Source: Methanobacteriota archaeon | GTDB lineage: Archaea; Thermoplasmatota; Thermoplasmata; UBA10834 | Reading direction: 5' to 3' | Length of the DNA: 54,959 bases | Assembly (NCBI GenBank): GCA_020348345.1 | Contig: CP070748.1 | Span: 43,384-98,342, forward strand | Shown: piece after piece, positions 1 to 9,760 of the stretch | How positions within the stretch are numbered: position 1 is the stretch's first letter | Layout of the letters: each line of letters begins with the position of its first letter | Notes under the pieces: model-generated | Database searches by the model: none | The model's input: the letters and a program-made list of their open reading frames with translations, nothing else | Told to the model about the DNA's origin: nothing | Translations under genes and position numbers: made by a program

Positions 1-251
1 ACCGCAAGCTCCGCTGCCTTCTCTATATCCTGCTTCTCGTGGCTGGTACAGTAGGCGAATCCCGAGCTCCCGCCCTCATACACCCGTACTGCGAGTCCAG
101 GATCGACCGTGTACTCGGCCTGCTTGACGGAGTTTCTCTCCACTTCGGCTGTGGTGGCCCACATATCGACAATGAGGACGTCACAGATCTCTCCACCTGA
201 CTTCTCCACGAGATGGACGACTTCCTCCGCTAGGTCCGATAATCCTGTCAT
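1..251 (-). CDS. PmbA/TldE family protein, N-terminal part (truncated by window edge)
   Basis: ATG at 251 after SD GGAGGTGA; reads MTGLSDLAEEVVHLVEKSGGEICDVLIVD...PGLAVRVYEGGSSGFAYCTS, a TldD/PmbA-type N-terminus; directly downstream of tldD. Confidence 0.8.
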   Translation of the reverse strand, partial: MTGLSDLAEEVVHLVEKSGGEICDVLIVDMWATTAEVERNSVKQAEYTVDPGLAVRVYEGGSSGFAYCTSHEKQDIEKAAELA

Positions 252-262
252 GCAATCACCTC

Positions 263-1666
263 CTATGCGAGTCCTCCGACGACGACGTTCTGCACTCTGA
301 TGTGTGGTCCTCCGTCGGTCGTTCTGGCTTCTTGGCCGGATTTTCCACAGTAGCCAGGATCGACGAGTTTGAAATCGTCTGCAATGCCAGTGACATCCTT
401 CAACACATTCAGTATGGCCCCCGTCAGGATCGCATCGCGATATCGCTGGCCGATTTCGCCGTTTCGAATATCGTACGCCTCGTCGCACTTGAACATGAAC
501 TGACCCTTCGCAGGCTCGACGTATCCGTACTGCGCTCCCTTTATGAGCAGTCCCTCGTTGATGTCTTCGATGAGCTCATCCCTCTTCATATCGCCCGGCT
601 CGATGTAGGTGTTGCTCATGCGGATGATCGGGGGGCTTGAATACGAATCGGCTCTCGCCGCACCGTTCGGCGGTCTCCGCATTCGGCTGCTTGTCTCCAG
701 GTTATGCATGAACTCCCTCAGAACTCCTTCTTCGATGAGGACGTGTTTTGCAGATTTCACGCCCTCCCAATCATGAGCGAAATATCCGAAGGTGTCTGCG
801 ATAGTGGGGTCGTCTATCAGAGTCACTTTCTCATCCGCAACCACCTTCTCCTCCATTCCCTCCAGTACTGAAGACCCCGACAGAATAGCGTCTGCCTCGC
901 ATGCATGCCCGAACGCTTCGTGGGCCAGAAGCCCCGTCATCTTGTTGTCCAATACGCATGTGAACTTGCCCGCAGGCACGGGTTTGGAGTCGAGGAGTCT
1001 CACAGCCATCGAAGCGGCGGAGACGCCGCAGTTGCTTGCGGGTTCCGAGCTCACCAGCTCGTACCCGCCAACGTTGCCGACTGCATCATGACCTCTCTGG
1101 ACAGCACCGTCGGACTTGCTCCAGGCTGAGCAGGATGTCAACACCCAGGTCTCGCGGGTCTTCACCAACGATCCGAACGAGTTCGCGACGACCCTCTCTC
1201 CCTCGAAATCGTCGTATCTGGCGCTCCTGCTGATTATCCTGTCGTCATGCGCACTCATGGATTTGTCAAGGCCGAGCACGAAGGACAGCTTATCCTCGGT
1301 GGGTACAGTCGAAGGAGCGGTTCGACAGGGGTATTCACTCCTTACGCGGCAGGACGACATCGAAGCGATCTCAAAGCTCAGTGTGGCCTTCTCCTTGCTC
1401 GCCCTCGCCAGTCTGACGGAGGTCTCTGCAGCCTTCGATAGATCCAGCTTGTCCAAGCCGTTGCAGACTGCGAACCCCCAACCCCCTCCTATGAAGGCTC
1501 GTATGCCGCAGCCCTTTTCGATCTTGGACGTGACAGTCTTGGTCTTACCATCCATTGCGATTATGCTCGTTCCAGAGGCGGACTCCATCCTCAGATCGGC
1601 GAACTCCGCCCCAAGGCTCAACGCGCGTTCTATGGCCGCTTCGGCTTTGTCTTCCAAACGAATCAT
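263..1666 (-). CDS. tldD: TldD family metalloprotease
   Basis: HEAFGH (HExxxH) metal motif, IRMSNTYI, C-terminal CGKSGQ...GGPH; start ATG 1666 or TTG 1657 rather than the track start inside hutH. Confidence 0.92.
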   Translation of the reverse strand: MIRLEDKAEAAIERALSLGAEFADLRMESASGTSIIAMDGKTKTVTSKIEKGCGIRAFIGGGWGFAVCNGLDKLDLSKAAETSVRLARASKEKATLSFEIASMSSCRVRSEYPCRTAPSTVPTEDKLSFVLGLDKSMSAHDDRIISRSARYDDFEGERVVANSFGSLVKTRETWVLTSCSAWSKSDGAVQRGHDAVGNVGGYELVSSEPASNCGVSAASMAVRLLDSKPVPAGKFTCVLDNKMTGLLAHEAFGHACEADAILSGSSVLEGMEEKVVADEKVTLIDDPTIADTFGYFAHDWEGVKSAKHVLIEEGVLREFMHNLETSSRMRRPPNGAARADSYSSPPIIRMSNTYIEPGDMKRDELIEDINEGLLIKGAQYGYVEPAKGQFMFKCDEAYDIRNGEIGQRYRDAILTGAILNVLKDVTGIADDFKLVDPGYCGKSGQEARTTDGGPHIRVQNVVVGGLA

Positions 1667-1722
1667 CCCCGAGTTGTCTGCGTATTCCTTCTCTCCTCGC
1701 CGGCTCCTTCCTGCATTCTGTG

Positions 1723-3276
1723 TCAGGTCCTGCGAAACCCGCACGTCCGTTCGGCGATCTCCACGAAGGTGCCTTTCGATATCATATCCGCAACGCATTC
1801 GATATCTCCGGTCAAGGGTCGGTCCTCCTCCATCCGAGGGACGGCTTCTCTGAGCGATCCCTTCACTTCCACGATGGGTGGAGACGAATGATGCGATATG
1901 AAATCAAGCCCCTGAGCGGCTGCTATCATCTCGATCGAGATGATCTTCGAGACATTCTCGACGATGGTACGGGCCTTCCACGCTGCCGTCATTCCCATGC
2001 TGTTGTGATCCTCCTGTCCGGCGCTTGTGGGTATGGAGTCCGCCGACGCCGGATGGGTCAGCGCCTTGTTCTCGGACGCTATTGATGCCGCCACGTACTG
2101 TGAGACCATGAAGCCGGAGCCCAGGCCGCTGTGTCGTGTGAGGAAGGGTGGTAGACCGCTGAGCTTATGGTCAACCAGTCTGTTGATGCGGCGCTCGGAA
2201 TACGAGCCAAGCTCGTGGACTGCCAGGCCGAGATAGTCCATCGAGAGGGCGATTGGCTGCCCGTGGAAGTTGCCTCCTGACAGAACCCTGCCTTCATCAG
2301 GGAAGTAGAGCGGATTGTCAGTGGCGGAGTTGATCTCGACATTGAGGATGGCCATCGCATGCCAGATCGCTTCGAGCGTGGCGCCCATGACCTGTGGGAT
2401 GCAGCGCAGGGTGTACGCGTCCTGTACTTTGGTGCAATGCTTGTGAGACTCCATTATTGGACTGTCTTCCAGGAGTGAGACCATATTCTTCGCAATCGCG
2501 GCATGTCCTCTGTGAGGCCTGACCTTGGAAATCGCCTCATCGAAGGCGGAGGACGTGCCTCTGAGCGCCTCAAGAGACATCGCCGCAGCTATCTGAGCGT
2601 TGTCCAATAGACGCGCCGCATCCTCTGTTGCGAGACAGCCCACTGCGGTCATTGCCTGAGTGCCGTTCACAAGTGAGATAGCCTCTTTCGGTTCCAGGGT
2701 CAATGGTTTCAGCTGAGCTCGTTCCAAGGCCTCAACACCAGGAAGAACGCCAGCATCGCCCTCTGCATGACCTTCGCCGATCATGACCAAGGCAAGATGG
2801 GCCAACAGCGCAAGGTCTCCGCTCGCTCCCACTGACCCCTGACGAGGCACGACAGGGTGAATGCGAGAATTAAGCATGGAAACGAGCATCTCGATGACCT
2901 CCGGGCGCACGGCGGAGTATCCCTTGGCAAGGGCGTTCGCCCTCAGCAGCATCATTGCCCTCACAACGTCCGTGGGAAGGGGATCGCCGACGCCGCATGC
3001 ATGACTCCTCAGCAGGTTCACCTGCAGCCTCCTGAGATCGCTATCCGGAATCCTCACGTCGACCAGGTCGCCTACTCCTGTGTTGACCGCGTAGACGGTC
3101 GAACCTTCCGATATGAGCTTCTCCAACGAGGCACGTGCCTGTGACACTCTCGCTCTCGAATCCCCTGGCAGCTCTGCGATCGCACCTGAACGTGCCACCT
3201 TGACGACGCCATCTAGGGACAGCGTTGTGCCATCCAGTTGAACACGCCCCGAGGGGGTGGTCTCAGAGTCCGTCAT
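1723..3276 (-). CDS. hutH: Histidine ammonia-lyase
   Basis: GSVGASGDLA MIO motif, LLRSHACG, VQDAYTLRC, SGGNFHG, QEDHNSMG. Confidence 0.93.
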   Translation of the reverse strand: MTDSETTPSGRVQLDGTTLSLDGVVKVARSGAIAELPGDSRARVSQARASLEKLISEGSTVYAVNTGVGDLVDVRIPDSDLRRLQVNLLRSHACGVGDPLPTDVVRAMMLLRANALAKGYSAVRPEVIEMLVSMLNSRIHPVVPRQGSVGASGDLALLAHLALVMIGEGHAEGDAGVLPGVEALERAQLKPLTLEPKEAISLVNGTQAMTAVGCLATEDAARLLDNAQIAAAMSLEALRGTSSAFDEAISKVRPHRGHAAIAKNMVSLLEDSPIMESHKHCTKVQDAYTLRCIPQVMGATLEAIWHAMAILNVEINSATDNPLYFPDEGRVLSGGNFHGQPIALSMDYLGLAVHELGSYSERRINRLVDHKLSGLPPFLTRHSGLGSGFMVSQYVAASIASENKALTHPASADSIPTSAGQEDHNSMGMTAAWKARTIVENVSKIISIEMIAAAQGLDFISHHSSPPIVEVKGSLREAVPRMEEDRPLTGDIECVADMISKGTFVEIAERTCGFRRT

Positions 3277-3331
3277 CGCTCCTCAAACCCGTTGCTCTAT
3301 GGAGCGTGAATCCCCTTGCACGTACCTGAAG

Positions 3332-3763
3332 TTATTCGTTCTCGCTGGCAGCAGGGCCGTTGCACAATGGTATGAACTTGTAACCGTAGTGGATGACTCC
3401 TGACGATCCTTCTTCGCTCAACTTCCTGAGTGTCGCACGTACCTCTGTCCCGATGGACAGATCGCGCGCATCGCAATCGATGACCTGCCCTGTTATCCTG
3501 GCGCCCTCATCGAGCTCCACCATCGCGACGATGTACGGCCTCTGCATATTCTGCTCATCCATTCCTTCGTGGACCTCTGTGAATGAGAATATGGTGCCGG
3601 TGCCCTTCAGGCGGACTGGTTCTATCTTGCCGACGCTCTTTCTTCGACACAGCGGACATATGATTCTCGGTGGGAAGTAGTGATTGCCACAGTTGTTGCA
3701 CTTGAAACCCACCAGGTTGTATCTGCTTGGATTCTCTCTCCAGAATCTGGGTGCCGTGGCCAT
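3332..3763 (-). CDS. DUF35 Zn-ribbon/OB-fold protein (thiolase-HMGS scaffold)
   Basis: CNNC...CPLC Zn ribbon, OB fold ending IHYGYKF; third gene of the archaeal HMGS-thiolase-DUF35 cluster; ATG 3763 abuts the thiolase stop. Confidence 0.9.
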   Translation of the reverse strand: MATAPRFWRENPSRYNLVGFKCNNCGNHYFPPRIICPLCRRKSVGKIEPVRLKGTGTIFSFTEVHEGMDEQNMQRPYIVAMVELDEGARITGQVIDCDARDLSIGTEVRATLRKLSEEGSSGVIHYGYKFIPLCNGPAASENE

Positions 3764-3764
3764 T

Positions 3765-4937
3765 TCATGCCCTCCTGAACAGGTGCACCACGGCAGTCGC
3801 TCCCGTGCCACCTACATTCTGCGCGAGGCCCACATCCGCATCCTTGACCTGCCTCTTCTCCGCCGTTCCTCTCAGCTGCGTCACAATCTCAACCGCCTGG
3901 GCAACGCCTGTCGCGCCTATGGGATCGCCCCTGGCTTTCAATCCGCCAGAGGTGTTGATCGCAACATCACCTTCGAGCGACGTCCTGCCGTCCTCCGTGG
4001 CCTTGCCGCCCTCTCCTTTCGCGAAGAAGCCCAGGTCCTCCACCGCAAGTACCTCGCTGATGGTGAAGTTGTCGTGAACCTCAGCAACGTCTACGTCGTC
4101 CTGAGACAGGCCGGCCATAGCGAAAGCTCTGTCCGAAGCCACCCTTGTCGCGCTCATCGTGCAGATGTCCTTTCTGTTGTGCAGCGCTAGCGAATCACTG
4201 GCCTGGCCAGAGCCCACTATCTCGACGGGCACTTCCGCGTATTTCTCTGCATTCTCGAGCGGGCATAGAACCACTGCCGCCGCTCCGTCCGAACTCGGAG
4301 CGCAGTCGAACATACGAAGAGGTGAGGCGACTATGGGCGACCTGAGGACGACATCCCTGTTTATCTCCCGTCTGAATTGCGCCTTCGGGTTGAGCGAGCC
4401 GTGCTTGTGGTTCTTCACTGCCACATCGGCAAGCTGCTCCCTTGTCGTGCCATGCTCGTGCATGTGCCGTGTGGCGATCAGTGCGTGAAGCCCTGCGAAC
4501 GTCGCCCCCAGCTCAGTCTCCCACTCCTGATCGGCCGCGGAGGACTGTATCATCGACGACTCCGTATCGCTGACGTCGGTCATCTTCTCGGCTCCTCCGA
4601 CGACCACTATGTCATGGAGGCCCGATGCGACTGCGAGGAAGCCCTGTCTCAATGCCAGTCCTCCTGAAGCGCCAGCAGCCTCGACTCTAGTGGCGGGGAC
4701 ATGGTCCTTGACGAGGCCGGAGTAGTCAGCTATGAGCGCGCCCACATGCTCCTGCCGAATGAACCTGCCTGCCGACATGTTTCCGACATACATGGCATCA
4801 ATCTGCTCAGCGGATATCTTCGCATCCTCAACGGCTGCGAGCCCAGCCCCGATGCCGAGCTTTCTGAAAGAAGAATCCCAGAGCTCACCGAACTCGGTGA
4901 TGCCCGTTCCTATGACAGCTACTCTGCGCATGGTCAA
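3765..4937 (-). CDS. Archaeal acetoacetyl-CoA thiolase family protein
   Basis: [36 protein letters not shown]; couples to HMG-CoA synthase. The usual EAAC cysteine reads EAAG here. Confidence 0.88.
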   Translation of the reverse strand: MTMRRVAVIGTGITEFGELWDSSFRKLGIGAGLAAVEDAKISAEQIDAMYVGNMSAGRFIRQEHVGALIADYSGLVKDHVPATRVEAAGASGGLALRQGFLAVASGLHDIVVVGGAEKMTDVSDTESSMIQSSAADQEWETELGATFAGLHALIATRHMHEHGTTREQLADVAVKNHKHGSLNPKAQFRREINRDVVLRSPIVASPLRMFDCAPSSDGAAAVVLCPLENAEKYAEVPVEIVGSGQASDSLALHNRKDICTMSATRVASDRAFAMAGLSQDDVDVAEVHDNFTISEVLAVEDLGFFAKGEGGKATEDGRTSLEGDVAINTSGGLKARGDPIGATGVAQAVEIVTQLRGTAEKRQVKDADVGLAQNVGGTGATAVVHLFRRA

Positions 4938-5989
4938 TCACGCCCCTTCACTATCTTGCCCTTGTACTTGGCGTATGTCGCGTAGTCAAGGTACTTCGGA
5001 TTGGCCATTATCTCGGTCATCGTCGGGGCGAGATCCCTGCCGAACCTCGCCATCTCGTCAGTAACTCGTATGTCGAACGCATCGGAGCCCGCACCGGAGC
5101 CGTATGCCACGGCGAAAATCCTATCGCCGGGCTTGGCCTCATCGAGAATAGCTGCCAATCCCAAGGGAACCGCTCCCGAGTATGTGTTGCCAATGGTGGG
5201 CACAAGCAGGCCGGTGCGCATCTGGTCCTCCGCGAATCCCAGCTGTCTCGCCACTCTTGTCGGAAACTTGCCGTTTGGCTGGTGGAAGACCGCGTATTCG
5301 TAATCCTTCGGTTCGGTGCCCGTCTTCTCGAAGAGTCCCATGCCGCCGCTGACAACGTGCTTGAAATAAGCTGGCTCGCCAGTGAACCTTCCGCCGTGCC
5401 GGGGGAATAGCTTTCCCTCACGCCTCCAGAAATCGGGCGTATCCGTCGTGTACGAGTAGGTGTTGTCGATCGTCGCAATGACCTTCTCCTTCCCAATCAG
5501 GAAGGCTGCGCCTCCAGCGGATGCGGAGTACTCCAATGCATCACCCGGCGCCCCCTGAGACGTGTCCGCGCCAACAGCTACCGCATACTTGACCATGCCA
5601 GCGCCCACGAGCCCCATGCACGTCTGCAGTGCGGCGGTGCCCGCTTTACAGGCGAACTCTAAATCGGCGACGGTCAAGTCCGGAGCCGCCTCAATCGCCT
5701 CCGCAACGATGGTGCCAGTCGGCTTGACCGCATAAGGGTGAGATTCTGAACCCACATAGAGCGCTCCGATATCCTTGGGATTGATGTCGCACCGCTTCAT
5801 CATGTTCCGCGCGGCCTCGACTGATATTGTGATAGTATCTTCATCGGGCGCAGGAACGGATTTGCTCGATATCATGAGGCCTTTTCCCATCGCCTTACCA
5901 TCGACACCCCAGACCTTACCGATGTCATCGGGCGTGATCCTGAAGTGCGGCACATAAGCGCCATAGCTGACTATCCCAACTCCGTTCAT
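4934..5989 (-). CDS. Hydroxymethylglutaryl-CoA synthase (archaeal type)
   Basis: [20 protein letters not shown] (catalytic Cys), [23 protein letters not shown]. Confidence 0.95.
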   Translation of the reverse strand: MNGVGIVSYGAYVPHFRITPDDIGKVWGVDGKAMGKGLMISSKSVPAPDEDTITISVEAARNMMKRCDINPKDIGALYVGSESHPYAVKPTGTIVAEAIEAAPDLTVADLEFACKAGTAALQTCMGLVGAGMVKYAVAVGADTSQGAPGDALEYSASAGGAAFLIGKEKVIATIDNTYSYTTDTPDFWRREGKLFPRHGGRFTGEPAYFKHVVSGGMGLFEKTGTEPKDYEYAVFHQPNGKFPTRVARQLGFAEDQMRTGLLVPTIGNTYSGAVPLGLAAILDEAKPGDRIFAVAYGSGAGSDAFDIRVTDEMARFGRDLAPTMTEIMANPKYLDYATYAKYKGKIVKGRD

Positions 5990-6010
5990 CGAAATCCTCT
6001 CTTAGACCAA

Positions 6011-6694
6011 TCATCCAAGCGCCTGCAACCTGTCGACCAGGTCCCCTATTGCAAGCGAGGTTCTTATCAGTGGTATGCCTTCCAGCTCGGCCAACCTTAT
6101 TGCCAGCTCGTCTACATGCTCTGGCTTCTGATAGACGACCATGGCGGGCTTCAGAGGATGCGCCCTTATAGCGATCATCGGAGATCTTCCGAACCGCACT
6201 CCAGTAAAGACGAGCGCCCTCTGACTGCTCCAACCGTATATCTTGAGGTAATCGAACGAGCTCAGTGTCGTAATGGCTCTCACGCTGTCAATCACAGTGT
6301 ATCCGTGAATGTGCTCGTTGAGAGGAATCGCGGGTGTGAGATTGTCGCCCTCGATGCTTTCTACGAGCTTGGGAGCAAGTATCTCTGCCGAGAACTCCTT
6401 GATGGAGATGATCGAGTCTGTCTTTCCCGCAAGCGAGTATTGCTTCAGCACGTTGGCACCGGTCTTCTCGTCAATCTCCAGGAACGCATCCACAATCTTC
6501 CTGACCGTCGCTATGCCCGGAGATCGCCTTCTTCCAGCCTCGTAATCGCTTATGACAGAAGGAGAGACCCCGAGATGCCTCGAGAGGTCCTGTTGAGAGA
6601 TCACGAACTGCTCGCGCCACTTCCGTATGGTCCGTCCCGGTTCCTCCGAGAGGCAGATCTCACCCGCGATCTTCTCTCTAACCTGGTCGCGCAT
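6011..6694 (-). CDS. XRE-type HTH transcriptional regulator (COG1709-like)
   Basis: HTH ISQQDLSRHLGVSPSVISDYEAGRR; C-terminal GRSPMIAIR; sits upstream of HMGS. Confidence 0.8.
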   Translation of the reverse strand: MRDQVREKIAGEICLSEEPGRTIRKWREQFVISQQDLSRHLGVSPSVISDYEAGRRRSPGIATVRKIVDAFLEIDEKTGANVLKQYSLAGKTDSIISIKEFSAEILAPKLVESIEGDNLTPAIPLNEHIHGYTVIDSVRAITTLSSFDYLKIYGWSSQRALVFTGVRFGRSPMIAIRAHPLKPAMVVYQKPEHVDELAIRLAELEGIPLIRTSLAIGDLVDRLQALG

Positions 6695-6905
6695 GGATGC
6701 TGCAAGATTCTGCGGCTATAAATAGTTGCCGTACCAAGCCTCCGGCAATAGCCGTAGAAGGCCGCCCATTGCCTCCGTCTGGACGTGTGAGACAGGAGCA
6801 CAGGCTAGATGGCGCCGTAATGTCACCGATGAGTGATGATGTTCAGAGGGTTTTGTGAGCATCCTGTACCAAGGAATTCGCTGTCGAAATCATCTGCACT
6901 ATGCA

Positions 6906-6912
6906 TATATAA
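6906..6912 (+). promoter_or_regulatory. TATA box for tRNA-Pro
   Basis: TATATAA about 36 nt upstream of the tRNA. Confidence 0.6.
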
Positions 6913-6948
6913 GGCACCCTTTCTATCCCTCTTCGCCCGACCCAGTCT

Positions 6949-7022
6949 GGGGTAGTGGTCTAGCTTGGCATGATCCGTGGTTCGGGACCACGTGACCGTC
7001 GGTTCAAATCCGACCTACCCCA
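6949..7022 (+). tRNA. tRNA-Pro(CGG)
   Basis: Acceptor GGGGTAG/CTACCCC, anticodon arm CGTGG-TT CGG GA-CCACG, T arm GTCGG-TTCAAAT-CCGAC; CCA not encoded. Confidence 0.95.
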
Positions 7023-7239
7023 CTCCTGCCACGTCTTGCCAATTTTCAATCTCGGCGGATTGAGTTGCAACCAGCGCTGAGGAAGATATGAATGGTCGGG
7101 TTAGCGCTTCGGTCGATAGGGAGAGCTGGCAGAGAGACGGAATCCGTTTTGAAGAGGCTCTCAATCAGAGCAGCGAATCTGCCGCTGAGGTTGCGCTGTT
7201 TATCCGGAAGGCTTTCACCATTGACTCACACGTAGACAT

Positions 7240-7260
7240 GAAATGGGAAAGGGTTTGGGT
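7240..7260 (-). terminator. Putative pyrimidine-rich terminator of the clostripain-like gene
   Basis: Minus strand reads CCCAAACCCTTTCCCATTTC about 80 nt after the stop codon. Confidence 0.35.
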
Positions 7261-7338
7261 GTTTCCGCCGTTCCGTTGGGGCGATCCCGTTAGTCGACAC
7301 AAGGCATGCTTCATGTGTCGCTGCATCGTCCTATTGCG

Positions 7339-9030
7339 CTACCACAAGGGGTTCGCTCTAGGAGCGTCGGGATTGCCGTAGATGGTCCACCTTGAATCGT
7401 AGTAGCTCGCGAAGTAGTCCATCCAAGCTGTCGTCGCCACGAAGTCGAGATCTATGTCGTTGTAGTCGAACGGACAGTCGATGCAGTAGTATTCCGCGGG
7501 CAGCTCGACGTTGGATCCGTCATACAGGTAGGTCCTCGTTCTCGTGTTGTCCAGCGACTCCCACTGAACCCAGGTGGGTGGGAACCATATGTTGAGACCG
7601 TGCGGGAACGAATTGCCCGAGCGATCGAATATCTGGCTCTGGGCGAGCCAGACCAGCGCCCCATCGGGGTCGATCCTCGTCGGATCGAATATGCCGCGGT
7701 ATATGCCTTCCTCTTCGTAGCCAAAGACCGTCATGAAATCCTCCAGCAGCAGTCTGATGAACGGATCATTCAACTCATCCAGATCGGGCCTCAAAGGCGT
7801 GTCTCCGCTCGGCGGATCAGAATCCCCGTATGCGTCGTAGTTAGAGAGCGCCGACAAGCTCCACTGCCATGTGTAAACATCAGGCAGCCACTCGTAGCCC
7901 GCCTGGTCGCTCATCTTGCCAATCAATGCGCAGTCCCTAGCGGACGATATGTTGTTCCGGCTGAGCGGCACCCAGGACCAAACTGGATCGCCCGTCGTAA
8001 TGTCTGGATACATCCATTGAGCCAGCTTCTCTTCCACATCCACTCCTTGGCTTTCGGCATACTCCGCCATTCCTTCGGGAAGAATCCCGTAGAGCATGTA
8101 GTTCAGAGTGTTGTTGAACGCGTCGACTATTGGCTGAATGTTCGCTCCTCCCTCGCCCATTCGGAACGCGGATCCAGTCACAGCCATCTGAGAGTTGGAC
8201 AACTGATGCTCAAGCCCGATCTTCTTGCCTTCGGTGTTGTTGTAGTAACTCACGTAGTTGGCGACCATACTCCGTGCTACTTCCGCATGGTCGGGAATCG
8301 CCGTTTCAGATGCGAGATCTTTTAGGAACAGGTAATACGGCAACCCGTCAAGCGGCACGTCTTGCTGCGAGCCGACGAAGTACTTGCACGCATTCCTGAG
8401 CTCATAGATGACCTCGATGGATGCCATGTTGTCGCCATCAAGGGCGAGCACATCAACTCCACCGCTCTCCACAACCCCTTCGTCCATTAGAGCCTCCGCA
8501 AGGTCATGGATTGGCATAAGGTACTTCGCGTCCTGCGACTCCTCATCAGGGCAAACGCCACACCAGGCATGACCGTTCTTGACGACCAACAGGGTGTTGT
8601 CGCCAGGGTAATGATACATGGCCTCAGTAAGGAATTCCACCAAGGTATTGGGATCTGATGAGTCATACTCTCCTTCCGCCATCAAGTCCACGGAACTAGC
8701 TCCCTCTGAGGTCACCTCGTACACGACCGTGTTGCCGCTGCCTTGTCCGTCGAGGTACATGACGACGTGCACAGAGATCGGGTCTCCTTCCCCTTCCTGC
8801 GCGGCATCCTCAGCCGCTTTCAGGCCCTTTATGCATTGGTCAAGCGCGAAAAGCGCGGCGACCTCGTAATCATTGTCTGCGCCGCAATATATGTACACGG
8901 CCCAGTCCTTCTCAACCGGCGGCTCAGGAGGCGGATTGCTCTGATCCGCTGCACACAGACTACTCACCGGCACAATCACACAGAACGCCGCCGCTATCGC
9001 TAACAGCGTTCGATTTCGCATTCTGTTCAA
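7339..9030 (-). CDS. Secreted clostripain (peptidase C11)-like protein with non-canonical catalytic motifs
   Basis: Signal peptide (MRNRTLLAIAAAFCVIVPVSSLCAA); C11-like blocks WAVYIYCGADND, SSDPNTLVEFL, YPGDNTLLVV, MASIEVIYELR, YFVGSQ, HGLNIWFP. Confidence 0.75.
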   Translation of the reverse strand: MNRMRNRTLLAIAAAFCVIVPVSSLCAADQSNPPPEPPVEKDWAVYIYCGADNDYEVAALFALDQCIKGLKAAEDAAQEGEGDPISVHVVMYLDGQGSGNTVVYEVTSEGASSVDLMAEGEYDSSDPNTLVEFLTEAMYHYPGDNTLLVVKNGHAWCGVCPDEESQDAKYLMPIHDLAEALMDEGVVESGGVDVLALDGDNMASIEVIYELRNACKYFVGSQQDVPLDGLPYYLFLKDLASETAIPDHAEVARSMVANYVSYYNNTEGKKIGLEHQLSNSQMAVTGSAFRMGEGGANIQPIVDAFNNTLNYMLYGILPEGMAEYAESQGVDVEEKLAQWMYPDITTGDPVWSWVPLSRNNISSARDCALIGKMSDQAGYEWLPDVYTWQWSLSALSNYDAYGDSDPPSGDTPLRPDLDELNDPFIRLLLEDFMTVFGYEEEGIYRGIFDPTRIDPDGALVWLAQSQIFDRSGNSFPHGLNIWFPPTWVQWESLDNTRTRTYLYDGSNVELPAEYYCIDCPFDYNDIDLDFVATTAWMDYFASYYDSRWTIYGNPDAPRANPLW

Positions 9031-9119
9031 GCTTTCAACTCCCCCTTTTCGAACTTGTGTATGTTGCCCACTGACCGTGGGATGATTCAATAGGATGAAA
9101 TAGGTAGTATAGCTTGGTG

Positions 9120-9133
9120 TGAAACCAATTTCA
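9120..9133. promoter_or_regulatory. Palindromic operator candidate TGAAACCAATTTCA
   Basis: Inverted repeat TGAAA-N4-TTTCA upstream of the clostripain-like gene; 13/14 identical to 9744-9757. Confidence 0.6.
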
Positions 9134-9178
9134 GGCGGTGTGTGTACGACGCTGCGAGGGGCAAATGCCCAAATCTGC

Positions 9179-9688
9179 TCATCGTATGATTCTGACTCGA
9201 TTGGTCATTCCATGACGTTCGCGAACAACTAGGCCGCGGCCCTCCAGCTTGTCCAACAATCTCGTGACCTTGGCCTTAGAGTACACTTCTGTCCCGACGA
9301 TGTTCATTTGAAGCATCTCTCCGCCTGCGTCAGCGATCATCCGATACAGCCTTTGCTCATCCTCAGGCAAGGAGTGGAGGATGTGGTTTTCGGCAGGAAG
9401 TGTCTTCTCTGCAGTCTGGATTTCGACGGCCGGTCCCTCTCCGGCCTCAACCTCGGCAGTCTCTTCAGCCATCATCTTGGCCTTCGGTGAGCTCATCGAG
9501 CGCAAGACCAGGTATGCAGATCCCCCTATCAGCAAGACGGAGAGCACCAATGCAATACCCCGCCCTCGAGAGATGTCAAGAGTGTCGTCACCTTCCGCCA
9601 ACGAGGCATCGAGGACAATGATCAGCACGGCTGCAGCGACACACATCGAAGCCAACGAAAAACCGAGTTGAAGTGCTTTCGCCACCAC
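9179..9688 (-). CDS. Membrane-anchored winged-helix DNA-binding protein
   Basis: Two N-terminal hydrophobic segments, then LPEDEQRLYRMI...GGEMLQ...YSKAKVTRLLDKLEGRGLVVRERHGMTNRV (wHTH, COG2512-like). Confidence 0.8.
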   Translation of the reverse strand: MVAKALQLGFSLASMCVAAAVLIIVLDASLAEGDDTLDISRGRGIALVLSVLLIGGSAYLVLRSMSSPKAKMMAEETAEVEAGEGPAVEIQTAEKTLPAENHILHSLPEDEQRLYRMIADAGGEMLQMNIVGTEVYSKAKVTRLLDKLEGRGLVVRERHGMTNRVRIIR

Positions 9689-9740
9689 AGACCCAGAAGT
9701 AACCAGAAGGTTAATCTACATTTCCTTCTGAGCGAATCGT

Positions 9741-9760
9741 GCTTGAAACGAATTTCAAGC
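9741..9760. promoter_or_regulatory. Palindromic operator candidate GCTTGAAA-CGAA-TTTCAAGC
   Basis: Perfect 8-bp inverted repeat upstream of the wHTH gene, in the divergent promoter region. Confidence 0.6.

Noticed and set aside
6728-6820. Three GCCGTA hexamers upstream of the HTH regulator
   Set aside because: Short, GC-rich and irregularly spaced; consistent with chance
6833-6870. GTGATGA box-C-like motif upstream of tRNA-Pro (possible C/D sRNA)
   Set aside because: No properly spaced CTGA D or D' boxes
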